Assembly: GCA_964016885.1 (NCBI GenBank)
Contig: OZ024746.1
Coordinates: 97,092,001 to 97,156,000, forward strand
Length of the DNA: 64,000 nucleotides
Direction: 5' to 3'
From: Eledone cirrhosa
Lineage: Eukaryota
Shown here: one piece after another, positions 14,385-26,661 of the stretch
Numbering within the stretch: the first letter of the stretch is position 1
Layout of the letters: each line of letters opens with the position of its first letter
The notes under the pieces: model-generated
What the model was told of the DNA's origin: nothing
The model's database searches: none
Seen by the model: only the letters and a program-made list of their open reading frames with translations
Program-made: the position numbers and the translations under genes

Positions 14385-14705
14385 TCATCATCATCACCGT
14401 TTTACATCCGTTCTTCCATGCTAGCATGGGTTAGACGAGTTGTCCTGTTGTGGGCATTGTCCAGTCCTTGTCTTGCTCATACAGGTACTGATTCTGGCTT
14501 GATTTCTACAGCTGGATGCCCTTCAGAACACCAACCTCATTTACAGTGAGTACTGGGTGCTTTTTTTCCATGGTTCCTACACGTCTACTTTACAGTGTAG
14601 GCTGGGTACATTTTTGCCATGGCACCTCCACGACCACTTTGCAGTTGGAGGGGGTGGGGACTTCAGCTTCGGCTTGTTCCCATGGGAAGTCAGGTCTTCT
14701 GTATT
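14385..14705 (-). mobile_element. 3' fragment of the RTE subfamily B / SINE-like composite
   Basis: Matches 7978-8330. Further copies at 31557-31870 (-) and 62200-62636 (+). Confidence 0.8.
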
Positions 14706-15219
14706 ATATATATACACACATGCATTCATATAAGTAGAGAAACCTCAAAAGTCATATACTGTCACTATAACATTCCTATTAAAATGAACAGATATATTGC
14801 CAAGAATTTCATGACATATGGGAAATTCAAATATAAAGTTTCATAAATAATACTAACATATTAAGTTAGCAAAACTATCAAATAATTCCTTAAAGCTATC
14901 GGAAATATCAATAAATTAAGAATATCAAAATCCCAGAAGTACATACAACGGTTACAAGACCCCCATCATCCCCACAAAAAAAACAACTCAATATTAAATT
15001 CTAAAATTCTCTAAGCACAAAATATGACCTGCACAAATCTCATTGACAAAGTTCTATTATATGTTATTTTGTATGATATAACAGACAAAATATTTGGTAT
15101 TTTCTCTTGAAATATATTAAAAGTTACAGAAAGATACTTTTAAAAAATATACTCATATATTTCCCACCTGACAATCAAAATATAGTAATATGCTTTATAT
15201 TGGTAAAGCCTGCACCTGT

Positions 15220-15890
15220 TTAAGCAGATACCTAACTATATAGAACAGGCATTTAAACCAGCTGTATCCGGCCAGAATACTCTCACCTCCTTCTGTTCAA
15301 ACTAGCCATAATCTGCTGCTCATATTGATGTTAACATATTATTCTCAAAATAAATAACATCAAAATTTCATAGCCTTGATATTATATGGGATAATTATGT
15401 GAGCTAAAGCCTTTAGCTCACATGAAAATACAATAGAAAATACAGAGTAATGTAAATGCTAAAGGGTTAAGCAGACACTTCAACTATCTGGAACTTGTAT
15501 AGTTGTGAAAGCTGTAAATACTTAACCCTTTAGCAAATACTTAACCCTATATAGAACAGACATTTAAACTGGCCATATCTGGCCAGAATTCTCTGACCTC
15601 TTTCTATTCAAACCAACTGTAACTGGTCATACTGACGTTAAGGTATTATACTCAAAATAAATAACATCAAAATCTGATAGAAATAATATTATGTGAGATA
15701 ATTATGTAAGATGAAGCCTTTACCACAAAAATACAATAGTATATATAGAGTAATGTAAATGCTAAAGGGTTAAGCAGATATCTAACTATATAGAACATGT
15801 TTATTGGTTAAATTGCTAATGTTTAAGCAGACACTTCAACTATGTGGAACTTCTATAGTGGTGAAACTTGTGAATGCTTAAATTCTAGCA
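15220..15890. mobile_element. Locally duplicated piggyBac-type MITE pair with duplicated flanks
   Basis: Two MITE bodies end GCTAAAGGG-TTAA (15470, 15773). Flank sequences TTAAGCAGAtACcTAACTATATAGAAC and GCAGACACTTCAACTAT are repeated. Confidence 0.7.
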
Positions 15891-15957
15891 AAGACCACCT
15901 TTCATTTCTATAAATCTCTCATATGCAAATTAGATTTGGAAATTGCATAGAAGTATC

Positions 15958-16345
15958 TTATATTGTTATATTTGGGGAGCGTCATGTTGTTATAATATTG
16001 CCAGAAAATATATAGTAAAACACAGTTTGGATTGATTTTCGCTTCAGACTGAAGTGAAAGTCAACCCAAACCAAACAGTGAGTGTGTTTTACTATATATT
16101 TTCTGGATTGCCAGTACTGGTAGAGGGTCGGACGCTATGCTTTGACGTATAGAGTTACGGCCCTTGCCATTCTGAGTTCAAATCCCGCCGAGGTTAACTT
16201 TGCCTTTCATCCTTACGGGGTCGATAAAATAAAGTACCAGTAATGCACTGGGTAATTGCTGGCCTTGTGCCAAACGTAGAAAGAATTATAACATGACCCT
16301 CATATAACAATATCTGTTTCAACACACACTTTCATATCAAAAACC
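15958..16345. mobile_element. Palindromic PLE-like end interrupted by a SINE (16105-16290, +)
   Basis: Termini TATTGTTATA..GTCATGTTG / AACATGACCCTC..TATAACAATATC..TTTCAACACAC match the 50537-51030 element. Inner inverted repeat CCAGAAAATATATAGTAAAACAC. Confidence 0.6.
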
Positions 16346-17220
16346 TTACAAACAAATACATCTCCATCATCTTATATTGTTTTATATAAAAGCAAATATA
16401 CCACATGAAAATAATGAATTTGTGCTTCATTCCTTCCAAAGTGAAGGTTTCCAATTTAAAAAATTGGAGTTATAACTGCATTAAATCTTGTAATATAGAC
16501 TATGAACAATCAGGGAAAACACTTATTAACCTTTAGAACACTGAATGTTTTTATGAGTTGCTTCCCTTGACATTGTATTATTTATTACTCTATAGGCAAC
16601 TTAAGCTGTTGACAGCATCAAGAAGGTTAAATGATGATGATGGTGATAATGATGATGATTACATTACCAAACATATGAACATCATGTAAATTCAACTGAA
16701 GATTTGAGCTTTATTCTACATCCAATTAGGCAAACAGTCATATTACTACAGCAATATTTTCTGTATGCAGATTCATAGGGATAGTTATCTTATGATGAGG
16801 AGAAAACACTTCAATCTTTTCAGAATAAAATGTTATTGTATGCATTCATGGTCTCGTAAATCCTAAGGGAGTCACAGGTGCACCATATTGACATACAGCG
16901 TCCCTAGGGTACTTCTTAAACCTGGTGGAGCCTAATCATCTCAAAGTTTAAATACAGCAGAATTCTTCCAGAGAAGCATAGAGAGAGAGAGTGAGAGAAT
17001 CGAAGTAAAAAAGAGATATGGAGGAAGAATTGACTCCAGTACTAGACTGGTACTTTTTTTATCAACCTTGAATGGATGAAAGATAAAGTTGACCTTAGCA
17101 GGAATTAAACTCAGAGAACAGAGGTCCAAAATAGATACCGCAAAATATTAATCTATCTAACATTCTAACAACTCTGTCTATTTGCCACCTAAAATGTCTT
17201 TATATTTACATTAAATTTAC

Positions 17221-17334
17221 CTTAAATCTTCTCATATTTACAGAGATCTAGCATAAATTAATTATTGTAACAGATTGCGTCAGCCTTCATTGATTACATC
17301 ATTGACAGGTCTTTTGAATCACTGATCACCTCGT
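17221..17334 (-). CDS. Candidate stop-containing exon of an unidentified minus-strand gene (phase 1 reading DEVISDSKDLSMM*)
   Basis: Acceptor tttttattgttattgttccag|ACGAGG, donor TTTAAG|gtaaat, non-repetitive sequence. All three frames stop inside, so the phase is unknown. Confidence 0.4.
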
Positions 17335-17430
17335 CTGGAACAATAACAATAAAAATTGATTATTCATTGGTAAAATTCTCAGAGCTACGGCAACAGATAT
17401 TTTGTCATAGTTTATTTCTTTCATGTAAGC

Positions 17431-17659
17431 TTAACCCTTTTAGCATTTAAACCAGCTGTATCCAGCCAGAATTCTCTCACCACTTTCTGTTTAAACCGAC
17501 CATAACCAGTCATTCATACCGACGTTAAGGTATTGTTCTCAAAATAAATAATATCAAAATCTCATAGATTCGATATTATGTGAGATATTATGTGAGGTAA
17601 AGTCTTTACCACAAAAATACAATAGTAAATATAGAGTAATGTAAATGTTAAAGGGTTAA
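17431..17659. mobile_element. piggyBac-type MITE
   Basis: TTAA-CCCTTTTAGCATTTA ... TAAATGTTAAAGGG-TTAA (TTAA TSD, CCC termini), ~225 bp. Confidence 0.85.
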
Positions 17660-17849
17660 ATAACCCCCTCCCAATACTGTTTTGCCTTAAAATAGACATG
17701 AAAAACTCACTTAACCTTTAACTTTACAAAATACTTCAGCAATGCAGGTATAGTCACTGCCTCCATCTCTCTTGCTTTCCCCATCTCTCACTATTATAAA
17801 CAAATGAGGGCCCCACACATTGGCTACCCTACAGCACCGGTGGATATTT

Positions 17850-18035
17850 ATAATAATAATAATTGTTTCTACTTTAGGCACAAGGCCAGCAATTACCCAG
17901 TACATTACTGGTACTTTATTTTATCGACCCCGTAAGGATGAAAGGCAAAGTTAACCTCGACGGGATTTGAACTCAGAATGGCAACCACTGTAACTCTATG
18001 GCGTCTGACCCTCTACTGATACTGCCAATCCAAAT
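17850..18035 (-). mobile_element. tRNA-derived SINE
   Basis: Same family as 10930-11124, in reverse orientation. Confidence 0.85.
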
Positions 18036-18291
18036 AATAATAATTATCATTTAAGTGACTGAAGTTATTGAAATAGAACTCCACTCCTTGAAAAAGAAAC
18101 AGCTGAAAAGTAAACCACTGCTTCAAATGTATCACAATAAAACAATACCACCATCTTCACCATCATTTAACATATGCTAACCCTACTACAATACAAAAAA
18201 AATATTTGACTTCTTATATTTGAGCTGTTCAATTAATATCTTTTTTTAACTTCTTCAGTGCTGTAGACGAGATAACTCATCCTAAAATGTT

Positions 18292-18397
18292 TGAACTCAT
18301 TTCCAACAGTTCATAACTTCCAAGTTATGAAATCGTTTCCAACATTTCATAACTTCAAAGTTATGAACTCGTTGCAACAGTTCAAAACTTCAAAGCT
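18292..18397. repeat. 36-bp tandem repeat x3 with internal palindrome (TTCATAACTT..AAGTTATGAA)
   Basis: Direct inspection. Confidence 0.8.
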
Positions 18398-19269
18398 AGA
18401 TGGAGTTACTAGTTTATTGCTATGATATTTGTCAATCATTCAAATATTTGTTGTCAATAAATGTTTGTTGAAAAAAATAGTCATTTTACTGAAAAAAAAA
18501 AAAATTGGAACAGCAACTGTAACTGTAAAATATACGCAGTGGTCAACAGGTTAATATATGCAGAGAAAATGTGTGAATATCATTTGATTAATAGTAAAAA
18601 AGAATCCAAACATATGCATACATATGTGTGCATATATACACATGAGCACCGGTAATTGGATTGTGCTTGCAATAAAATTAATTGAACAAAATATTGAGGG
18701 TTTCGCAGCTCAGAAAGAGAAACTATACAAATGTAATGACTTCCACAAGTAAATAGGCGAGGAATGTAATAATACATTACAGCTGTGCCTGGTACTGAAG
18801 TAGCTACGAGGTGTTCACAGTATAAAATACAGCCCGAAAAAATGTACTTTTATTATAGATCATCATTTTATATATGGGTTCATACACAGCTTTATTGTGA
18901 ATCACATTGTTTTAGTGCTCTTGCTTATTAATACTATCAGGTGAAGATTGTATTACATGTAAATGAGCCTTCATCAAGAAAAGTTTCTTTACAAAATCTA
19001 TATGAAGATATTGTCTTTAATAACTCAGCCTTTGGGTGTAAATAAACAAGTGCTGATAAATTTCAACTATAGTGAAATGCCTTTACTTATCTTATCTCGG
19101 TGCTGAGGTAGCTGAATATGAACAAAGCTTAAAATAAATACTCTCTGTGAGACTAAATATGTGTTTATTATAGATTCATATACATCTAAATATTAGGTAG
19201 GTGTAAAAGCCAAACTCAATGTTTTCAATTTGTGCCAATCCTTATTATATGGTTATGAATCTTGGGTAA

Positions 19270-19878
19270 TGACCGACAAAATATGATTGTGAATACAAGT
19301 GGCCAAAATGGGGTTCTTCTGAACGGTATTTGGAGTAACGCTACTTGATAGTACGTAGCTCGGAGATCAGAGAGTCACTTAATGTTGAGCCACTCTTCTT
19401 CGAATTGGGAGATCACAGCTCTGATACTGTGGCCATGTGGTTAGAATGTCTCAGGAAAGAATCACTGGAGAATCACTCCAGGTAGAGCCACTACTTCTCC
19501 GAATTGAGAGATCACAGCTCTGAAACTATAGGCATGTGGTTAGAATGTCTCAGGAAAGAATCACTGGACAGATTTTACAGGCAAAACCAACCAGGTTGGA
19601 TAACATCCATTAACTTGGCTGGTCATGCTTGGAATCTAGCCGGATCAGTTGGAGGTGGTTGCTTCTAACAGGTCATGCTGGAGGGGGTGCTGGAGGACTC
19701 TGCCCTCCATAACCCTCTCAGGAATGAGGAGGAGGAGGAGGAGGAGGAGGAGGAGGAGGAGGAGAAGAAGAAGAAGAAGAAGAAGAAGAAGAAGAAGAAG
19801 AAGAAGAAGAAGAAGAAGAAGGAGGAGGAGGAGGAGGAGGAGGAGGAGGAGAAGAAGAAGAAGAAGAAGAAGAAGAAG

Positions 19879-19909
<31 letters not shown>

Positions 19910-20010
19910 GCCAGATGGATTAGTTGGAGACGGTTGTTTCTGACAGGACCCACTGGAAGGAGTGTTTGAGGACTCTGCCCTCCATGACCTCTCAGGAATA
20001 AGTGGGAGGA
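19270..20010 (+). mobile_element. RTE LINE 3' fragments with internal ~107-bp duplication and a (GAG)n(AAG)n expansion at the tail
   Basis: Homologous to the reverse complement of 3400-3500. The 3' end GGTTGcTTCTaACAGG..CTCAGGAAT recurs at ~19925-20000 and ~53560-53640. Trinucleotide tract at 19725-19908. Confidence 0.7.
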
Positions 20011-20111
20011 GGAGGAGGTGGGGGTGGAGGTGGAGAAGAAGACGAAGATTATCCAACACTCCAGCATTTCCTTTTTTCCTATGTTATTAGTTTATAATAA
20101 TAATAAAATAA

Positions 20112-20500
20112 TAATAATAATGAAATTATTGTGTACAGTGCTCAGGTGCACTACAACTCATCAAAGGTGCATGTATAGTACATAGAATAATGTACAAATG
20201 TCAGGAAAATGAACAGTGTATGAGTCATGATATACATGTGTGTGTATGGAGGGAGATATCAGGTGTAATGATGGAGAATCTCAGGAAGCATGGAGGGTTT
20301 AAAGGATGCAGTGTCTCGACAGCTAACAACTGATGCAGGTAGTTTGTTCCATGCTTCAGCAGCTCTGAGCGTGAGAAAATGTTTCCAAAAGTCATGGGAG
20401 CTGTACTGTTTTCTGATTTTGTTGACATGCCCACGGGTGTTAGACACATGGAAATCAAAAAGGTGTTCAGGGTTGTTGTTGGCTAGATGGTTAATAATTT
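20112..20500 (-). mobile_element. CR1-group LINE 3' end
   Basis: ORF 20259-20534 has NTRGH..K....F...RAAEAWNKLPASVV....SFK (CR1 ORF2 C-terminus), followed by an (ATT)n tail. Confidence 0.8.
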
Positions 20501-20634
20501 CTCTCCTTTTGTTCCCTTTTACCAAATGTCTCACAACAGCACTTATGATCTTTGTATCAGTCTCTTGCTATCAGTATTTCTCTTTCTTTTGCCAGCTCTC
20601 TCCTGTATTTCTTAAGAAAATAGATGTGTTCTAA

Positions 20635-20740
20635 CGAAAAAACCACGATGTAGCGAGGATTACCGCGATAGGAAATTAGATCCGTTCCAAAGAAATATCC
20701 GCGATGTAAGAGGACTGCGATGTAGCAGGGGATTACTGTA
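20635..20740. mobile_element. Tigger/pogo-like transposon terminus
   Basis: Repeated CGCGATGTA motifs ending GGGGATTACTG-TA. Confidence 0.5.
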
Positions 20741-20849
20741 TATATTGTTTAATATTCTCTGGCACTTATCTACTCAGATATTTGAATGAAACTTTGATAT
20801 ATATATATTGATCAAACACACACACAAACAGATATACTAATATATATAC

Positions 20850-21460
20850 ATGGTGGTGGCTGCCAACTCGTTTTCGAGTACGGCCACTACTTTATATCCA
20901 TGTAGGAGAACCCCTACCGATGCGCTGAACGAGTGTGACTTTTTAGTCCAGCCAGCGACTTGAAAACTCTGGTACAAACACTACACATGTGACAATTATT
21001 GACACATAGTGCTTTGCCTTTGGTACCATGTGACGACAAGTGCAGAGAGATCTCCAGATATAAAGCAATGCCTGTGCCGTGAAGCTTTTATAGTGAGCAA
21101 AGGCACTGCACAAAGCTAGTCCCACTCTCTTAACCAAGATGATATTTACCAAAAAGAAGAACAAGTCAACATCATTGGATACCATCAGGGTTGCAGGTGT
21201 TATATCAGAGTTTTCCTTCTCCTAGAATTCTGCCTTGACAAAGGCTAAGGGGTCATCTCTCCAAGTGATTTTGGATGGCCATTGACTCTTAAGAGCTCCT
21301 TTGCCCTTTGACAGGTTTTGTTTTTAGTCCTGCAGGATGTCCAAAGTCACCCTCCTCACCAAGAAACCTTGGTGGGGTTGCCAGTTTAGTCGCCAACGAC
21401 CCGACCATGAGACAGGTTGTACTGGGATACATGTTACCAGTAGCACCAAGTGGTGACCAT
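20850..21460 (-). mobile_element. Internally deleted non-autonomous RTE derivative (5' UTR joined to zinc-finger 3' end)
   Basis: The 5' part contains CTAGGAGAAGGAAAACTCTGAT (RTE 5'-UTR-like). The 3' part encodes a C2H2 remnant and ends GTACTCGAAAACGAGTTGGCAGCCACC, like 59730-59765 and 36795-36830. Confidence 0.6.
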
Positions 21461-22765
21461 ATATATACATACACACATACATACATGCTATATACATACG
21501 TACTACATACATATATACATACACACATACATAGATGCTATATACATACTTACGTACTACATACATATATACGTACACACATACATACATACATGCTATA
21601 TACATACGTACTACATACATACATACATACATATATACATACACACATACATACATGCTATATACATACTTACATACTACATACATACATGCTATATACA
21701 TATGTACTACATACATATATACATACACACATACATACATGCTATATACATACTTACGTACTACATACATATATACATACACACATACATACATGCTATA
21801 TACATACATACATACGTACTACATACATATATATATACATGGTGGCTGCCAACTCGTTTTCGAGTACGGCCACTACTTTATATCCATGTAGGAGAACCCC
21901 TACCGATGTGCTGAACGAGTGTGACTTTTTAGTCCAGTCAGCGACTTGAAAACTCTGGTACAAACACTACACTTGTGACAATTATTGACACAGTGCTGGG
22001 CCCATGGTACCATGTGACGACATGTGCAGAGAGATCTCCAGATATAAAGCAATGCCTGTGCCGTGAAGCTTTTATAGTGAGCAAAGGCACTGCACAAAGC
22101 CAGTCCCACTCTCTTAACGAAGATGATATTTACCAAAAAGAAGAACAAGTCAACATCATTGGATACCATCAGGGTTGCAGGTGTTATATCAGAGTTTTCC
22201 TTCTCCTAGAATTCTGCCTTGACAAAGGCTAAGGGGTCATCTCTCCCTATATATATATACATAGACACATACATACACGCTATATACATACTTACATACT
22301 ACATACATACATATATACATACACACATACATGCATGCTATATATATACTTACATACGTACTACATACATATATACATATACACATACATGCTATATACA
22401 TACTTACATACATATATACATACTACATACATATATACATACATACACATACATGCACATATGTGTTTATGTATACATGCACACAAAGGTAAGTACATAT
22501 GTGTATACATATATATGCACGAATACACATACATACGAACATACATCCACACACATGCATGTACATACATACATGCATATGTACGTACATACATATACAC
22601 ACACACGTACATGCATATATATACATACACACACATGTACGCACATACATACACACACACATACATACGTACATACATACATACATACGTACATACACAC
22701 ATACATACATACACACATACACACTCACATACATACATGCTCACACACATACATACATACATACA
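21460..22765. repeat. (TACA)/(CATA)-type compound microsatellites flanking the second RTE-derivative copy
   Basis: Tracts at 21460-21840 and 22250-22765. They explain the HTYI-rich ORFs. Confidence 0.9.
21838..22247 (-). mobile_element. Second, 5'-truncated copy of the same RTE derivative
   Basis: Highly similar to 20850-21262 with the same internal junction. ORF 21900-22169 ends CSVCTRVFKSLTGLKSHTRSAH. Confidence 0.65.
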
Positions 22766-24039
22766 GATTCTCTCTCTCACTGCCTCCTCTCTCGTTGCTT
22801 ATATAATACTGAATTTCGATCGACTTCTTACAAAATCAGTTTGGCTATTGCTCTGATGATATTCTTTGAAGTTTCCAAATACTAATTAATATCTATTTCA
22901 TGCTCTAAGAGAATACTTTAAAATAATCTCCAAATTTTAAGAGATTTACATATGGTAATTACCTCAATATTACTATTAGATATCTCTTGTATTACCTATT
23001 ATCTAACTACAGTGAAATATATTAAAAGATAGGATGAACAAAGCTTTACACTGGTTAGATCTTTGACCAATTAATTACACCATATTTCTCATATGGTTAT
23101 TAAAATAATCTATTCTACAAACCAATCTTTTATAGCTTTACACAGAAACTTCAGCAAATCATGCATTATAAAACCCTCAATTCACAGATAACAATAAGAT
23201 CAATAATTATGCCATTGCCTATATAATTGTTTACTTGTCTTGGGTGCTGTGTGTGTATGTGTAAGGAGGTGAACACATGTGGTTTAATGGTTAGAGTAAT
23301 AGGCTCACATTTAGAAAGTTTTTGGTTCAAATCTAGCATTAAATACTATGTTATAACCCGAGCAAAATGCTTCATTTCATGGTGCTTCAGTCCCCTCAGC
23401 TGCAATAAAATGAGTAACAGTAAACAGCAACAGCTGGGGAGTTAACATTATGATAGACTAATGTCCCATCCAAGGGGAGAGTCATGTCACTTAATCCCAA
23501 CCTGAGATGAGCTTTGATATGATGAGCTCCAATGCTCAAGGAAAATGTAAACTTAACTTTAACTTTATGTGTATGAAAACTAGATAGCAAAACAAATAAA
23601 ATAAAGTACCAGTAATTTACTGGGGTCGATTTAATTGATTTTCCCCTCCCTAAAAAATTGTTGGCCTTGTGCCTAAATCAGAAACAATTATTATCATTAT
23701 TATTATTATAATTATTATTATTTGGCAGTATCGGTAGAGCGTGAGACAACATGCTGTATGGCATAGGGTTATGGCCCTTTATGATTTGAGTTCAAATCCT
23801 GCCGAGGTTAGCTTTGCATTTCATCATTACGGGGTCAATAAAATAAAGTACCAGTAATGCATTGGGTTCGATTTATTCACCCCTCCTCCCCTTCAAATTG
23901 CTGGCCTTGTGCCTATAGTAGAACCATTGTTATTATTATTATCATCATCATCATCATCATCATTGTCATCATATGCATCAATGTTAGTAGCAAGGAAATC
24001 ATGGCCTGAAGAGCAGCATTCATTTGTGAGGGGGGGGGG

Positions 24040-24262
24040 AGATGGAATATAAAAAGCAGGAGGAGGAGTGACAGAATATTAAGAGGAGGAGGTGGAAGAG
24101 AAGAGATGGAATATAAAGAGGAAGGGGAGGAGTGACAGAATATTAAGAGGAGGAGGTGGAAGAGAAGAGATGGAATATAAAGAGGAAGGGGAGGAGTGAC
24201 AGAATATTAAGAGGAGGAGGTGGAGGAGGAGAGATGGTATATAAAGAGGAAGGGGAGGAGGA
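24040..24262. repeat. ~62-bp purine-rich tandem repeat x3-4
   Basis: Unit GAGATGGAATATAAAGAGGAAGGGGAGGAGTGACAGAATATTAAGAGGAGGAGGTGGAAGAGAA. Confidence 0.85.
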
Positions 24263-24602
24263 GGGTTGAATTAGAACAACTTTAGAGATGACAATAGATT
24301 CAATAATAATAACACTGGTTTGTCTGATACTTTGAGAGGTATATTCTGTTTCTTTTAACAAAAACAAAACACAAAACTACTTCTGGCAGATGAATGATTG
24401 ATAAAGTGAGTGCCATGTTGGCTCACAGCCATATATATACAGGAGAGATACACAGGAGAGATACTAAAGTTTGTACTGCAAACATACATCTTCCAATAAT
24501 AGATTCAACTAACGTCTCGGGAGGAAAAACAACTAAACTATTGCAAATTTTGTCAAATTTCCTTGGATACAGCAATTATCTTTCCATTTACTGATAACTT
24601 TA

Positions 24603-24800
24603 ATAATAATTATTTCTACTTTTGGCATAAGGTCGGCAATTATCTCAGTGCATTACTGGTACTATATTTTATCGACCTCGTAAGGAAGAAAAGCAAAGTT
24701 AACCTCGGCGGGATTTGAACTCAGACCATAAAGGGCTGTAACTCTTTGATGCAAAATATGGCGTCCGACCCTCTACCGATACTGCCAATCCACCACCCAT
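24603..24800 (-). mobile_element. tRNA-derived SINE whose head seeds the adjacent array
   Basis: Full SINE body, contiguous with the 41-bp repeat. Confidence 0.85.
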
Positions 24801-25372
24801 GGCGTCCGACCCTCTACCGATACTGCCAATCCACCACCCATGGCGTCCGACCCTCTACTGATACTGCCAATCCACCGCCCTAGCATGGCGTCCGACCCTC
24901 TACCGATACTGCCAATCCACCACCCATGGTGTCCGACCCTCTACCGATACTGCCAATCCACCACCCATGGTGTCCGACCCTCTACCGATACTGCCAATCC
25001 ACCACCCATGGTGTCCGACCCTCTACCGATACTGCCAATCCACCACCCATGGTGTCCGACCCTCTACCGATACTGCCAATCCACCACCCATGGCGTCCGA
25101 CCCTCTACCGACACTGCCAATCCACCACCCATGGTGTCCGACCCTCTACCGATACTGCCAATCCACCACCCATGGTGTCCGACCCTCTACCGATACTGCC
25201 AATCCACCACCCATGGTGTCCGACCCTCTACCGATACTGCCAATCCACCACCCATGGTGTCCGACCCTCTACCGATACTGCCAATCCACCACCCATGGTG
25301 TCCGACCCTCTACCGATACTGCCAATCCACCACCCATGGTGTCCGACCCTCTACCGACACTGCCAATCCACC
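24757..25372 (-). repeat. 41-bp minisatellite x~15 derived from the SINE 5' head
   Basis: Unit CATGGTGTCCGACCCTCTACCGATACTGCCAATCCACCACC is the reverse complement of SINE nt 1-41. No spacers. Confidence 0.95.
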
Positions 25373-26463
25373 ATAATAATGACAGGAAAATTACTATTGA
25401 ATTTTGTGTAGGAATGAAGATATAGAATATATCAATGGCTTGTTGATGTGCAAGTTGAAACATGGGCATAACACTGTTGATACCAAATCACCTTAACCTT
25501 CAGCATGCTCTAGGTGCCTTATGTCACCAATAGAGTAATCTCCTCTTAATACATAATACAGTGTTAAGGGAAGCAATTCATTAAAATATTCAATGTGTTA
25601 AATGTTAAACTGCTCCTGGTTCTATGACACAAAAGTGTATATTTTAATGTGTTTATATTTATCTAAAAAAAAAACCTTCCATCAAAGAGATACACAATAC
25701 TGACAAAAGGAAACAACCCAGAAACAATATTGTCGATTGTTTCTTTCTGTCATTGCTAGAACAAAAGGATGGTGATGGTCATTTAAAAAAAAACATAATG
25801 AGGCTGTTTGCTTGCAAACGAATCGAATATTATCATTATTCACTATAAAACTCATGAATACATTTCCATCATAATTTTATGAACAAATTTTTTTGTGAGA
25901 AACTTAGATTAAATTACTAAATCCATTCAAATTCTTGATTATTTTCAAAATAATTTTAAAATAAGAGGAAGTGTCTCTCATTAGAGACATGATAATGAAA
26001 GAGGTTATGTACAAGATGACAGACATTAACTCTCCCTTACTGCCTGAAACTGATCCTGGTTTTATGATATAAAGTTGTTTTAAAATATTACTATTCTAAA
26101 AGAAACTTCTGTCAAAGTTTTATATAAGAACCTTTATTAAGTTATGATCCAAACACTAGCTTAATGAGAAAGTTACTGTATATACTTGAATATAAGACAA
26201 TTTTATGTCTGCGAAATAGGCAAAAATCCCAACCCCATTTATAAGCCAAGGTAGGTAATCAACACATAATGTTGTTTAGTGTATAGATTTTGTCACACAA
26301 TTCCATTATGTAATGATGCTTTTACTGATTTCTGACCTTCTTGAAAGCCATATTCATTCAAAACTTATAAAAAAGAGAAACCAATGTAATATTCACTGAA
26401 AACAAATTAACACCAGTAGCAGCTATAGGGTCAACCCTTTGATAAATTGCGCCTTCCACTTGA

Positions 26464-26661
26464 TTAACCCTTAGCATTTACATTACTCTATATATACTAT
26501 CATATTTTTGTGGTAAAGGCTTTACCTCACATAATTATCTCACATAATATCAAATCTACGGGATTGAGAACAATACCTTAACGTCAGTATGTGTGGCCAG
26601 TCACGGCTGGTTTGAACAGAAAGAGGTGAAAGAATTCTGGCCAGATACAGCCAGTTTAAAA
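26464..26661. mobile_element. piggyBac-type MITE (partial, reverse orientation)
   Basis: TTAACCCTTAGCATTTAC start. Body is the reverse complement of 17431-17659. Confidence 0.75.

Noticed and set aside
19645-20067. Poly-R/L/E/K/S/P proteins
   Set aside because: Translations of a (GAG)n(AAG)n tract at a LINE tail.
21360-21460. HDV-like ribozyme at the RTE-derivative 5' end
   Set aside because: A P2-like pairing (CCAGT/ACTGG) and a CTAA are present, but I could not place a canonical P1/P3/L3 (UCCnCG).
24757-25372. CRISPR-like array, and repetitive 150-180 aa ORFs
   Set aside because: The repeats are contiguous with no unique spacers, there are no cas genes, and the context is eukaryotic. The unit is the SINE head, and the ORFs arise from a stop-free 41-bp unit.
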